Part shown: piece after piece, positions 54,046 through 63,545 of the stretch | Numbering within the stretch: the stretch's first letter is position 1 | Layout: each line of letters starts with the position of its first letter | DNA from: Nanobdellota archaeon | GTDB taxonomy: Archaea > Nanobdellota > Nanobdellia > Pacearchaeales > GW2011-AR1 | DNA length: 64,000 nt | Direction: 5' to 3' | Assembly: GCA_020430505.1 (NCBI GenBank) | Contig: JAGQJT010000001.1 | Span: 7,629-71,628, forward strand | Program-made: the position numbers and the translations under genes | The notes under the pieces: generated by a model | The model's database searches: none | Told to the model about the DNA's origin: nothing | The model's input: only the letters and a program-made list of their open reading frames with translations

Positions 54046-55383
54046 ATGGAAAGGAGAGGGGAAAGACTAAAATTAGAAATAAAAAGAGTATCGAAAGAAT
54101 TTCTTGAAGAAATAAAAAACAAACATGTAATAGTCGTTAGCCATTTTGATACAGACGGAATTTCTTCAGCGGCAATAATGGTTCAAGCATTAAAAAAAAG
54201 AGACCAGCAATTTTCATTAAAAATTGTAAAAAGTTTAAACAAGGAATTTATAGATGAACTTCCTAAAGACAAAACAATCTTATTTCTTGATTTAGCCTCT
54301 GGAAGTTTCAACCATCTAAAAGAAGCCAAATTGAAAAAAGTATATATCATTGATCATCATGAGATCAATCAAGAAATTCCAGACAATATTAGCATAATTA
54401 ATCCTCAACTTTTAGAAAAACAAAAAATTTCTTCATCAGGTTTAGTTTATTTATTTTGTAAAGAATTGGATGAATCCAACAAAGAATATGCCAAACTTGC
54501 AGTTTTAGGCATGATTGGCGATAACTTGGAAAAAGAAATAGATAATCTAAATAATGGAATTCTCGAAGATGGAGAAGTAAAAAGAAAAAGAGGAATTTTA
54601 ATTTATCCTTCAACAAGACCATTAAATAGGACGTTAGAGTTTTCCTCAAGCCCATTCATTCCAGGTGTAACAGGAAATACTGAAGGAGTCAGGGATTTAA
54701 TTAGAGAGGCAGGAATAATTCCAGAAAAAGGAAAATACAAGAGTATAATTGATTTAACTGAAGAAGAAACAAAAAATCTAACAACAGGAATAATTTTAAG
54801 AAATCCAGAAATAAAAGAAAAAAAATTAGTAGGAGACATCTTTCTCATAAAATTATTTGGAAAACTTGAAGATGCCAGAGAGATAAGTGCAAAAATCAAT
54901 GCTTGTTCAAGAATGGGAGAAAGCACAATTGCATTAAAACTATGCATGGAATCTCTAGCAGGTAAAAAAAGGGCAGAATCAATACATGCAAAATATAGGC
55001 AAATGCTAATTTCGGGATTAAAAAAAGTAGACGAACTTGAAAAAATTCAAGGAGAAAAGTTCATGATAATAAATGCGCGCCAAGAAATAAAAGACACAAT
55101 GATAGGAACTGTCGTAAGCATACTTTCTCATTCTTCTTTGTATAAGGAAGAAACTGTTTTGATAGGACTAGCGGAAGACAAAGACAGAATAAAAGTATCT
55201 GCAAGAAATGTAGGGAGCAAAGGAAGAAATGTCAGAGAGATTCTTAGCAAAGTAATTAATTCGATTGGGGGCGAAGTTGGAGGTCATGAATTTGCTGCAG
55301 GATGCACAATTTCCCAAGAAAAAGAAAAAGAGTTCATAGACTTATTAAAAAAAGATTTGGAATTGCAAGTAGTCAAATTTTAA
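54046..55383 (+). CDS. RecJ-like DHH/DHHA1 nuclease (GAN/Cdc45-like)
   Basis: 445 aa. VVSHFDTDGISSAAIM, IIDHH, GGHEFAAG. Sits immediately after rps15, as I recall for archaeal RecJ homologs. Confidence 0.8.
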   Translation: MERRGERLKLEIKRVSKEFLEEIKNKHVIVVSHFDTDGISSAAIMVQALKKRDQQFSLKIVKSLNKEFIDELPKDKTILFLDLASGSFNHLKEAKLKKVYIIDHHEINQEIPDNISIINPQLLEKQKISSSGLVYLFCKELDESNKEYAKLAVLGMIGDNLEKEIDNLNNGILEDGEVKRKRGILIYPSTRPLNRTLEFSSSPFIPGVTGNTEGVRDLIREAGIIPEKGKYKSIIDLTEEETKNLTTGIILRNPEIKEKKLVGDIFLIKLFGKLEDAREISAKINACSRMGESTIALKLCMESLAGKKRAESIHAKYRQMLISGLKKVDELEKIQGEKFMIINARQEIKDTMIGTVVSILSHSSLYKEETVLIGLAEDKDRIKVSARNVGSKGRNVREILSKVINSIGGEVGGHEFAAGCTISQEKEKEFIDLLKKDLELQVVKF

Positions 55384-55420
55384 TCCAAAACTTTAAAACC
55401 ATACTTATTCTGGATATTTT

Positions 55421-56116
55421 ATGGAACTTGAACAAGGAGATGTTGTAATATGTACTGTAGAAAGAATACAAGGAACAACAGTATTTGTAAGCATAGAAGG
55501 AAACGGAGAAGGATACATTGTACTAAGTGAAATTGCACCTGGAAGAATAAGAAATTTAAGGGATTATGTAGTGCCAAAAAAAGTAATTGTTTGCAAAGTG
55601 CTGAGGATATCTGGAGACCGAATAGAGCTTTCATTAAGGAGAGTGACACCAAAAGAAGAAAAAGAAGCCAAAGAACAGTTCAAGTTAGAAAAAAGCTATA
55701 AAAGCATAATGAAAACTGTTTTGAAAGAAGAATGTGAGAAAATAATAGATGAAATAAAAAGCAAACGTAACTTTTTTGAGTTTTTAGAGGAAGCAAAAAA
55801 AGATCCTTCAAAACTTCAAAAGATCTGTGGAACAGAGTCTTCAAAGAAAATTCTTGAGATACTTAATTCTCAAAAGAAAAAAGTTTCTTCAGTAAAAAAA
55901 GAGATAAAACTTAGAAGTCAGAATCCAAATGGTTTAGAAGATATAAAAAAAATTTTTGAGAAAACTAAGGGTGTTGAAGTGCGATATCTCTCTTCTGGAA
56001 AATATTCTCTAAAAGCTGAATCAGATGACATAAAAAAAGCAGATAATTTAGTAAAAGAAGCAATTGAGGAAATAGAAAAATTAGCAAAATCTCTGAGAAT
56101 AAATCTTACAAAATAA
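55421..56116 (+). CDS. eif2a: translation initiation factor aIF2 alpha subunit
   Basis: 231 aa. S1 domain GDVVICTVERIQGTTVFVSIEG...SEIAPGRIRNLRDYV, helical and alpha-beta C-terminal domains. Confidence 0.85.
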   Translation: MELEQGDVVICTVERIQGTTVFVSIEGNGEGYIVLSEIAPGRIRNLRDYVVPKKVIVCKVLRISGDRIELSLRRVTPKEEKEAKEQFKLEKSYKSIMKTVLKEECEKIIDEIKSKRNFFEFLEEAKKDPSKLQKICGTESSKKILEILNSQKKKVSSVKKEIKLRSQNPNGLEDIKKIFEKTKGVEVRYLSSGKYSLKAESDDIKKADNLVKEAIEEIEKLAKSLRINLTK

Positions 56117-56169
56117 ACTACTTTTTAGGGCAACAAAACCTTTAAATAAAAGGATTTGCAAGGAAATTT

Positions 56170-56580
56170 ATGGAAGACAAGTTCAGTGTTAAAATTATAG
56201 GAATTGTTTTTGCCCCAGATAAAAAACAAATTTTAGTAGGAAAGAACAAAGGAGATTCAAATTACACTTTTGTAGAAGGACTTTTAAAAAAAGAAGAAGA
56301 ATTAGATAAATGCCTGAAAAATGCAACAAAAGAAAAAACAGGTTACAAGATACATAATCTTGGAGCAATTTATGCAAAAAACTTAATTGACAAAGAGAAG
56401 GAACTTCTTGAGATATACTTCTTGTGTGAAGCAACAGAAGGAGAAGAAAAAGCAGGAGACAAAGTAGAAGAATTAAAGTGGATTGATCCTTGCAAAACAG
56501 AAGAGATAATGGAAGTCAAATTCCCTACCAGATTAAAAGAATACATCTTCGGGTTGGGAGATAATTGTTCTATAGAATGA
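56170..56580 (+). CDS. NUDIX-fold protein (degenerate Nudix box)
   Basis: 136 aa. VEGLLKKEEELDKCLKNATKEKTGY in the Nudix-box position. Confidence 0.55.
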   Translation: MEDKFSVKIIGIVFAPDKKQILVGKNKGDSNYTFVEGLLKKEEELDKCLKNATKEKTGYKIHNLGAIYAKNLIDKEKELLEIYFLCEATEGEEKAGDKVEELKWIDPCKTEEIMEVKFPTRLKEYIFGLGDNCSIE

Positions 56581-56723
56581 AATTAAAAAAATGCCCAAAA
56601 TGCGATTCTTATACTTTAAAAGAAAATTGCAATAAATGTAAATCAAAATCAAAAGAGGCACATTATAAATTTATAAAAGTAAGAGATGCTCCTAGTTCAA
56701 AAGAATCTCCCAAAAATATTTAA
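56577..56723 (+). CDS. nop10: H/ACA RNP protein Nop10
   Basis: Below the ORF-track cutoff. My translation is MKLKKCPKCDSYTLKENCNKCKSKSKEAHYKFIKVRD... (48 aa, CxxC...CxxC zinc ribbon). ATGA overlap with the NUDIX gene. Confidence 0.8.
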   Translation: MKLKKCPKCDSYTLKENCNKCKSKSKEAHYKFIKVRDAPSSKESPKNI

Positions 56724-57166
56724 TCAAAAAGATTATAAATAGAATATCTAAATTCAGAAAGAAGAGGCTTAGAAAATAATTCAGAAACCTCCTCAAGAAT
56801 TAAAGGAGAAGCTTTCTTAAACCATCTTTTATGAGATTTTTCAATTGATTCATCTTTTAAAAGAAAATCTGGGATTCCATTATTAAGAATGATCTTCTCA
56901 GGAGATTTATTAAAAAGAGCTCCAGAGAGATATGTTCCAAGAGATTCCTTATAAAGTCCTACCAAGTAGCCCATTGAAAAATAAATTTCTTTATTTGAAC
57001 CTTCAAATTTCCCATAATGCAAAACTCCAAAACTTTTTTCAATAACTTCATTCCCAACTTTTAATTTTGGTTTCTTGAATGAACAAAAAGCAAAGAATTC
57101 CGATCCAACTTCTTTTCCATTAAAAATCTCAATTGAAGGATTTAAAGATTTTCCCATAACTTGCAT
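56720..57166 (-). CDS. hypothetical protein
   Basis: 148-aa ORF. Confidence 0.5.
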   Translation of the reverse strand: MQVMGKSLNPSIEIFNGKEVGSEFFAFCSFKKPKLKVGNEVIEKSFGVLHYGKFEGSNKEIYFSMGYLVGLYKESLGTYLSGALFNKSPEKIILNNGIPDFLLKDESIEKSHKRWFKKASPLILEEVSELFSKPLLSEFRYSIYNLFD

Positions 57167-57196
57167 TAGAAAGAATACTTAATAAAGATTATTATA

Positions 57197-57805
57197 CTAA
57201 AACAACTTCTTCTGAGACAAAGACTCTTTAATTTCTTTTTTTACAACCCCCACATCTTTCTCCCATAAAGGCAATAAATCCCTTTTGTAAATTATTGCTG
57301 CAGGATGGAACAAAGGAATTAATTTTATTTGCATTCCCAAAAAACCCATATCTCTAACTTTTCCGTGTACACTTGTAATTCCTGGTTGATTTTTCATGTC
57401 TCCAACTTCTCCATTAGCAAGAAAAAACTTTGTGGCATAATTTCCTAAAGAACAAATCACCTTTGGTTTTATTTCCTTTATTTGCTCAATTAACCAAGGA
57501 GTATGCTCTTCAATTTCCTCTGGTAAGGGATCCCTATTTTCAGGAGGTCTATACTTCAAAATATTTGCAATGTAAATTTCTTCTAAACTTAATCCAACTT
57601 TAACCAACATCTCATTCAAATTTTTTCCAGCACGCCCCACAAAAGGCAAACCTTGTTCATCTTCATTTCTTCCTGGAGCTTCACCAACAAATAAAATATT
57701 TGCATCAGAACTTCCCTTTCCAAAAACCAAATTCTTTGCATTCTCCTTTAAAGGGAGATTTGCCAACCTACAATTTTCTTCCAATTGCTTCAATTTTTCA
57801 TCCAT
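57197..57805 (-). CDS. udg: uracil-DNA glycosylase, family 4
   Basis: The ORF track start is TTG, so I use ATG 57805. ILFVGEAPGRNEDEQGLPFVGRAGKNL, FHPAAIIY. Confidence 0.85.
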   Translation of the reverse strand: MDEKLKQLEENCRLANLPLKENAKNLVFGKGSSDANILFVGEAPGRNEDEQGLPFVGRAGKNLNEMLVKVGLSLEEIYIANILKYRPPENRDPLPEEIEEHTPWLIEQIKEIKPKVICSLGNYATKFFLANGEVGDMKNQPGITSVHGKVRDMGFLGMQIKLIPLFHPAAIIYKRDLLPLWEKDVGVVKKEIKESLSQKKLF

Positions 57806-57855
57806 AAAAAGAAATACTTCCAAAACTATATAAATTTAATAGATTTAAAACCAAA

Positions 57856-58155
57856 ATGGAAGAAAAAACTGAAATTGAAATTTTGATTGCAGTAGTTATA
57901 ATTTTATTAGTTGGAGGAACAATTTTTTACCACAATGCAGAAAATTTCTCAATTTTAGACTCCTTTTATCTCTCTGTTTCAACACTTTCAACAGTAGGCT
58001 ATGGAGATGTTGTGCCCCACACAAAAATTGGAAAGATTTTTACTTCTTTTTACATTCTTCTAGGAGTGGGAATTCTTTTGGAGTGCTTGAGGTTATTCAC
58101 GCACAATAGGGTAAAAAAAGGAATAAAATTTAAAAAGAAGAAAAAACAGAATTAA
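57856..58155 (+). CDS. minimal 2-TM potassium channel
   Basis: 99 aa. Selectivity filter STVGYGD between two TM helices. Confidence 0.8.
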   Translation: MEEKTEIEILIAVVIILLVGGTIFYHNAENFSILDSFYLSVSTLSTVGYGDVVPHTKIGKIFTSFYILLGVGILLECLRLFTHNRVKKGIKFKKKKKQN

Positions 58156-58157
58156 TT

Positions 58158-58643
58158 ATGGAAAGAACCTTAGTTTTGATTAAACCTGAAGGAGTACAAA
58201 GGCACTTAGTTGGAAAAATTATCCAAAGATTTGAGGATGCTTCTTTAAAAATAATCGGAATGAAACAAGTTTGGGCAGACAAAGAATTCGCAAAGAAACA
58301 TTATACAGAGGATATTGCAGAAAGAAGAGGGGAAAAAGTGAGAGAGATGCTTTTAGATTATATCACTGAAGGCCCAGTTATTGCAATATGCCTTGAAGGA
58401 GTGGATGCAATTGAAAATGTTAGAAAGATTGTCGGGGGCACAGAACCAAGAAATTCTCCTCCTGGAACAATAAGAGGAGATTTTGCGCATGTTAGTTTTG
58501 CTTATGCAGACAAAAATAATTTGCCGGTTAAAAATCTAATTCATGCTTCTTCGGATGAAACTGACGCAAAAAGAGAAGTGGCATTATGGTTTTCAGAAAA
58601 AGAATTACATTCTTACAAATCAATTCAAGATTTATTTATGTAA
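58158..58643 (+). CDS. ndk: nucleoside diphosphate kinase
   Basis: 161 aa. MERTLVLIKPEGVQRHLVGKIIQRFE, NLIHASS catalytic His context. Confidence 0.9.
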   Translation: MERTLVLIKPEGVQRHLVGKIIQRFEDASLKIIGMKQVWADKEFAKKHYTEDIAERRGEKVREMLLDYITEGPVIAICLEGVDAIENVRKIVGGTEPRNSPPGTIRGDFAHVSFAYADKNNLPVKNLIHASSDETDAKREVALWFSEKELHSYKSIQDLFM

Positions 58644-58676
58644 AAGTTTTTATAATTAAAAAACTCCATTCAGATA

Positions 58677-59144
58677 ATGGATGAAATAAAAAACAAAGCA
58701 CATTACATTGCGGTTACAGGAATAATAAGAAATTCTGAAGGAAAATTTTTAATTTGTAAAAGAAGTCCTAATGAAAAAAACTTTGCGAATAAATGGTGTG
58801 TGCCTGGAGGAAAAGTCGAAATAAAAGATTTTGTCAATTTACCTAAAGACACAAGTTCACACTGGCTAGACATCTTTGAAAAAGTTCTCCAAAGAGAAAT
58901 AAAAGAAGAAACAGGTTTAGAAATAAAAAATATTAATTATGTTTCAAATCTTGCATTTGTAAGGCCAAACGGATTTTCAACAATAATAATAAGTTTGCAT
59001 GCGGATCATAAAGAAGGAGAAGTTAAATTAAATGAAGACGAATTAGTTGATCATTCTTGGGTGAATTTAGAGGAAGCAAAAAATTATGATTTAATAGAAA
59101 ATATTTATGAACAAATTGAAAAAGTTCATGAAAAATTTAGTTAA
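58677..59144 (+). CDS. NUDIX hydrolase
   Basis: 155 aa. Nudix box GGKVEIKD...VLQREIKEETGL. Confidence 0.8.
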   Translation: MDEIKNKAHYIAVTGIIRNSEGKFLICKRSPNEKNFANKWCVPGGKVEIKDFVNLPKDTSSHWLDIFEKVLQREIKEETGLEIKNINYVSNLAFVRPNGFSTIIISLHADHKEGEVKLNEDELVDHSWVNLEEAKNYDLIENIYEQIEKVHEKFS

Positions 59145-59380
59145 TCTAAAGAATCCTTCTTCGAAAAATAAGCCAAACTATTTTCAAAAGAATACTTTAT
59201 CTCAAAACCATATTTCTCCTTAAAAGTTAAACAAACCTCATCCAAAAAAGAATTACTTTCTTCTTGACAATGAAAAGAGACTTTTTCAAAATTATTATTT
59301 TCAAGATTTCCATAAATAGAAGAAACCACTAAATCTAAAGAAGACTTGGAAGCTTCATCAATAAAAAAATCTTTCTCCAT
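59141..59380 (-). CDS. small acidic hypothetical protein downstream of radA
   Basis: 79-aa ORF. Its start lies 1 nt after the radA stop. Confidence 0.45.
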   Translation of the reverse strand: MEKDFFIDEASKSSLDLVVSSIYGNLENNNFEKVSFHCQEESNSFLDEVCLTFKEKYGFEIKYSFENSLAYFSKKDSLD

Positions 59381-59381
59381 T

Positions 59382-60359
59382 TTATGCTTTATCCCTCAAA
59401 CCCTCAGTAGTAACCCAGTAAACACACTCATCATCTGGCAAGTTAGGGCTGTCAATCAATTTTGCTACTCTTGAACCTTGCTTTCCTCTCCTCAAATATA
59501 ATCTATAGGTTGAAGCATGTCCAACAATATTTCCTCCAATTGCAGTAGTAGGATCTCCAAACATTTGCGCCGGATTTGCCATAACTTGATTTGTAACATA
59601 AACTGCTAAATTATGTGTTTCGGCCAATTTCATTAAATCATGCATATATCTATTCAACTTTTGTTGCCTATCTGCCAACTGCCCTCTTCCAGAATATTCT
59701 GCTCTAAAATGGGCTGTCAACGAATCTATAATTAAAAGTTTGATTGGCTCTCCTGCCTTAACCATCTCCCCAATTTTTTCTAGTAACAACATTTGATGAT
59801 CTGAATTAAAAGCCCTCGCAACCAAGATATTTTTTAGAACACTTTCTGGATCTGCTCCAATTCCCTCAGCAAATTGTTTTATTCTTGCAGGTCTAAAAGT
59901 TCCTTCAGTGTCAATAAAAACTGCTTTTCCCTCAGCGCCTCCTTTTTCTTTAGGTAGCTGTGCATTAACTGCCAAAGAAAGACCTAATTGAGTTTTTCCA
60001 GAGCCAAAAGCTCCAAAAGCTTCCGTTATGGCTCTAGACTCAATTCCCCTTCCTCCCAGAAGATTGTTTAAACTTTCACAACCAGTTGTGATATAATGAA
60101 CATTTTCTCTTTTTTTAGAAAATTCCAAACCATCACTAAAGCCTATGTCTAACATAGATCTTGCAGCTTGAATTGCCTTTCTTGCTACAGCAGCGCTTAC
60201 ACCTGCAGCATCAGCAATTGTAGCGGGACTTGAAACAGCCAAAGACATCAAATCCAAAATTCCTGCACCTTCTAATTTAGCAGCAACAGCAGGACCAATT
60301 CCAGGAAGATCTGTTAACTCAAGAGTTTTTTCTTCCTTTTCTTTTTTAGTTGCCATCAT
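59382..60359 (-). CDS. radA: DNA repair and recombination protein RadA
   Basis: 325 aa. HhH N-domain LTDLPGIGPAVAAKL, Walker A GAFGSGKTQ, Walker B LLIIDS. Confidence 0.95.
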   Translation of the reverse strand: MMATKKEKEEKTLELTDLPGIGPAVAAKLEGAGILDLMSLAVSSPATIADAAGVSAAVARKAIQAARSMLDIGFSDGLEFSKKRENVHYITTGCESLNNLLGGRGIESRAITEAFGAFGSGKTQLGLSLAVNAQLPKEKGGAEGKAVFIDTEGTFRPARIKQFAEGIGADPESVLKNILVARAFNSDHQMLLLEKIGEMVKAGEPIKLLIIDSLTAHFRAEYSGRGQLADRQQKLNRYMHDLMKLAETHNLAVYVTNQVMANPAQMFGDPTTAIGGNIVGHASTYRLYLRRGKQGSRVAKLIDSPNLPDDECVYWVTTEGLRDKA

Positions 60360-60663
60360 TCCTCCTAACTTGTTCCATTCTAGATTTTTGTGCGAAATAC
60401 TCTATAGAACCCCTTCGGAAAGTCTTAAGCTTGTCTAGAACAGGAGTTCCTTCAGAAGAATAAACTTTTCTAAACAGATTATCTCCTCTTTCTTTCAAAG
60501 TATAAAATTCTTTATTCTCCTCATCAGATCCAAAATAAAATTCAACACTTCCATTAATCTCTACAAAATTTTCTTCCCTCACCTCTCCAAAAGAATATTC
60601 CGAATTGATTGAAAAAGGATTCTTCTCACTACCTAATCTTTTCGAGATATCTTTTACAACCAT
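60346..60663 (-). CDS. hypothetical protein overlapping the radA start by 14 nt
   Basis: 105-aa ORF. Confidence 0.45.
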   Translation of the reverse strand: MVVKDISKRLGSEKNPFSINSEYSFGEVREENFVEINGSVEFYFGSDEENKEFYTLKERGDNLFRKVYSSEGTPVLDKLKTFRRGSIEYFAQKSRMEQVRRNDGN

Positions 60664-60723
60664 AAAAATCTCAGTAGAATTTCCTTTATAAATTTTATAA
60701 CGCTGCAGAATATATATTAAAAA

Positions 60724-61185
60724 TCATCTAAACACTTTTAAACCTAATAAGAAAAAACCTACAACAAGGCATATTGTAAATATTAACCTTTCAAACTTTC
60801 CGCCTGTTTTTATAGGTCCTTTAAAATTTTTCTTTATTGGCCAAAGTAAGTAAACCCCAAATTTTGTAAAACTATCTGCAAAAAGATGTAGCCCATAACC
60901 AAGCAAAAAACCAAATGCAATCACTTCATTCAAAAATAAAAGAAAAACAAAGATTATTGCAAGAAAAGTGAAACTGTGAATAAATCCCCTATGGCCAAAA
61001 AAGAATTGAATAGGCCTAAAAACTTTTCTTTTACCCAACTTAGAAAACCTTGTATCAACATCAGGAATAAAAGTTGCTAAGAATGCAACCCCTAAAAATA
61101 AAAGTTTATTTTCAATGCCATGAAAGAAATCTAAAAAAATAACAATCCCAAAAAAAGTAATTGCTAAATGAGTTTTAATAAACAT
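60724..61185 (-). CDS. membrane-bound metal-dependent hydrolase (YdjM/DUF457-like)
   Basis: 153 aa, 4-5 TM. THLAIT, PDVD, GHRGFIHS, HLFADSFT. Confidence 0.7.
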   Translation of the reverse strand: MFIKTHLAITFFGIVIFLDFFHGIENKLLFLGVAFLATFIPDVDTRFSKLGKRKVFRPIQFFFGHRGFIHSFTFLAIIFVFLLFLNEVIAFGFLLGYGLHLFADSFTKFGVYLLWPIKKNFKGPIKTGGKFERLIFTICLVVGFFLLGLKVFR

Positions 61186-61215
61186 TAAATCTAAAGTAAA
61201 AAAAGAAATTTAAAA

Positions 61216-62142
61216 TTAACCCTCCAATTGGGCAATCAATTTATCCAAATCAATTTCCTGAACATCTTCTATAACTAATTCATTGTTCCCAAAATAACTA
61301 TTTCTTCTAACATTTCCAACAAAAACCATCTCTTTACCAAGAATATTTTCCCTTTGTTGTTCCATCAAAGTGGGATTATCCTCAATTGTTTCAAAACCAA
61401 GCTTTTTAAGATTTTCATGAAAAAGAACGGCCCTTATATTTTCAGTGCCATCGTCGATTACAACATTAATCAAAGCTCTTTTTTCTGCAATTTTCCCTGT
61501 AGCTCTCTCTTCGTCAGTCAATTTTTTTCCAGTATCAGGATTTACTTCAAAAAACCGAGGCAAAAAAGATTGGACAACAAAAGCCCTAACTTTTATTGAT
61601 TCCCCAAAAAGAATTTCAGATAAGGGTTTTTCCTTAACTGTTTTCTCAGTCACAACATTATTCAAAATATCCGAACTTTTTTTCAATTCAGAAAAACTTC
61701 CCATATGGATTTCACCATCTCTCATACTCCCACTAATGATTTCAATGACAGTTTTTTCCCCAACCTCTCCTTTTTCAATTAAATCAATATGATTTGTATC
61801 CCATAAAACAACTTTAACATTAGAAGTATCATCAGCAATAATCATATTTGCAACTTTTCCTTCATCTCCAGATTTCGTCTTATAAGTTCTAATGGGATAA
61901 ATCGTTATCACCTTCCCAACAGTATTAACTTTTCTCATTCCAGGCAATAATTCCTTTATTTTTAATTTTTCATTATCAAAACTAATTCCTAACTCAGCAG
62001 CAATAACTTGCAATGCTCCTTCTTTACTAATCAAACCGGAAAGCTTTGATCTCTTAGCTTCAACTCTCCTTTCTAACTCTTCTTCAGATACTCCGGACTG
62101 TCTAGAAACTCTTTCTAGAACAAGTTCATAATTTCCATCCAT
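61216..62142 (-). CDS. rpa: replication protein A (OB-fold ssDNA-binding protein)
   Basis: 308 aa. VNTVGKVITIYPIRTYKTKSGDEGKVANMIIADDTSNVKVVLWD and a second OB-like repeat. Confidence 0.8.
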   Translation of the reverse strand: MDGNYELVLERVSRQSGVSEEELERRVEAKRSKLSGLISKEGALQVIAAELGISFDNEKLKIKELLPGMRKVNTVGKVITIYPIRTYKTKSGDEGKVANMIIADDTSNVKVVLWDTNHIDLIEKGEVGEKTVIEIISGSMRDGEIHMGSFSELKKSSDILNNVVTEKTVKEKPLSEILFGESIKVRAFVVQSFLPRFFEVNPDTGKKLTDEERATGKIAEKRALINVVIDDGTENIRAVLFHENLKKLGFETIEDNPTLMEQQRENILGKEMVFVGNVRRNSYFGNNELVIEDVQEIDLDKLIAQLEG

Positions 62143-62234
62143 CTCAGAAAAAATAAATTATCTTTTATAAGTATTTTGTCACTATAACAAGATTTTTTAA
62201 AAAACTTTATAAAGCAATTTCTCTAAAACTAATT

Positions 62235-62507
62235 ATGGCAGGAATAGTAGGGATAAAATTCAGGTTAATGCCTTCTTCACCAGACATAAATTTGGAAGAG
62301 ATCAAAACAAAAGCAAAAATTCTTCTTGAAGAAAAAAATGCAATGAAGATAGAAATAACTGAAGAACCCGTAGCATTTGGGCTTAAATCAGTAAACTTAT
62401 TTTTTCAGTATGATGAAGAAAAAGAAACCTCTGAGATAGAAGAAGCTCTTGGGAATATAGAAAACGTTCAATCTTGTGAAATAACTGATTTAAGAAAGTT
62501 AGCATAA
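62235..62507 (+). CDS. ef1b: elongation factor 1-beta (aEF-1beta)
   Basis: 90 aa. KFRLMPSSPDINLEEIK...EEPVAFGLKSVNL...VQSCEITDLRKL. Confidence 0.85.
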   Translation: MAGIVGIKFRLMPSSPDINLEEIKTKAKILLEEKNAMKIEITEEPVAFGLKSVNLFFQYDEEKETSEIEEALGNIENVQSCEITDLRKLA

Positions 62508-62510
62508 AAA

Positions 62511-62804
62511 CTAATAATTTTTTATTGAAACAAGAAAATCTTCAGGAATTCTTAAACTTAGATACTTTGTTTTTCCATCTGAATGAAAGGGCTCAAAAAT
62601 TCCAAAATGTGCAGAAACATCATATCTTGAAAGAGGAGAAAATTTTTTTATTAGAAATTCTTCAGAAACATTTTTATAATAGAAATTGACAGAATTATCA
62701 TCTAAATCAAAATCAATTCTTGTAGGTTTTCCTATCTCAAATAAATCTCCTTCAATATTAATCTTGCATGGGTCAGCAACATAAACATCTAAATTTTTCT
62801 TCAT
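62511..62804 (-). CDS. hypothetical protein
   Basis: 97-aa ORF. Confidence 0.45.
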   Translation of the reverse strand: MKKNLDVYVADPCKINIEGDLFEIGKPTRIDFDLDDNSVNFYYKNVSEEFLIKKFSPLSRYDVSAHFGIFEPFHSDGKTKYLSLRIPEDFLVSIKNY

Positions 62805-62894
62805 GATAAAACATGGAAGGAATCATTTAAAAAAACTATCGTGGTCCAAGATATAAATATAAAACTTTATTAAACCTTTTTTCTAAGTTGAATT

Positions 62895-63545
62895 ATGGAA
62901 TTTTCAAGGGAACAAATTGAAGAATTAAAAAAACAAATTTTAGAACAAATAGAAAGTTCTTTTCCGGAAGATAAAAAAAAAGAAACCTCTGATAAAATTA
63001 AATCTATGGGCGATGAGGAATTCATAGAATTTTTAAAACAAAATAACTTAATAAAAACTGCTGATTCTAAGGAACAAACACAATGTATTTTTTGTTCGAT
63101 GGTATTTGGAGAAATTCCCACTACAAAAATTGCAGAAAATGAGAAAGCAATTGCAATTTTAGAATTAAATCCTGTTTCTGAAGGGCACACCCTAATAATT
63201 CCAAAAAATCACATTATAGACCCTAATGAAATAGATGAAGGAACCCAAGAATTAGCGGGGGCCGTAAAAGAGAAGTTACAAGGTTCACTTTCTCCAAAAG
63301 AAATCCAAGTATATGTTCGAGAAGTGATGGGACACGAAGCAATAAACCTTGTGCCTGTTTATAATGAAGAAACAATTGACTCCCCACGTACAAAGAAAAC
63401 TCCTGAAGAGTTAAAATCTTTGCAAGAAAAGATAACTTCTCAAGAAGAAATTAAACCTCAAGAAACAGAAAAAATTAACGAAGAAAAACAAAAACTAGAA
63501 TCAATCTCTGAAGAAGAAATGATTTTACCAAAACGCCTTCCATAA
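62895..63545 (+). CDS. HIT-like domain protein with a degenerate histidine triad and acidic extensions
   Basis: CIFCSMVFGEIPTTKIAENEKAIAILELNPVSEGHTLIIPKNH, but GHEAINLVPVY sits where HxHxHxx is expected. Confidence 0.55.
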   Translation: MEFSREQIEELKKQILEQIESSFPEDKKKETSDKIKSMGDEEFIEFLKQNNLIKTADSKEQTQCIFCSMVFGEIPTTKIAENEKAIAILELNPVSEGHTLIIPKNHIIDPNEIDEGTQELAGAVKEKLQGSLSPKEIQVYVREVMGHEAINLVPVYNEETIDSPRTKKTPEELKSLQEKITSQEEIKPQETEKINEEKQKLESISEEEMILPKRLP

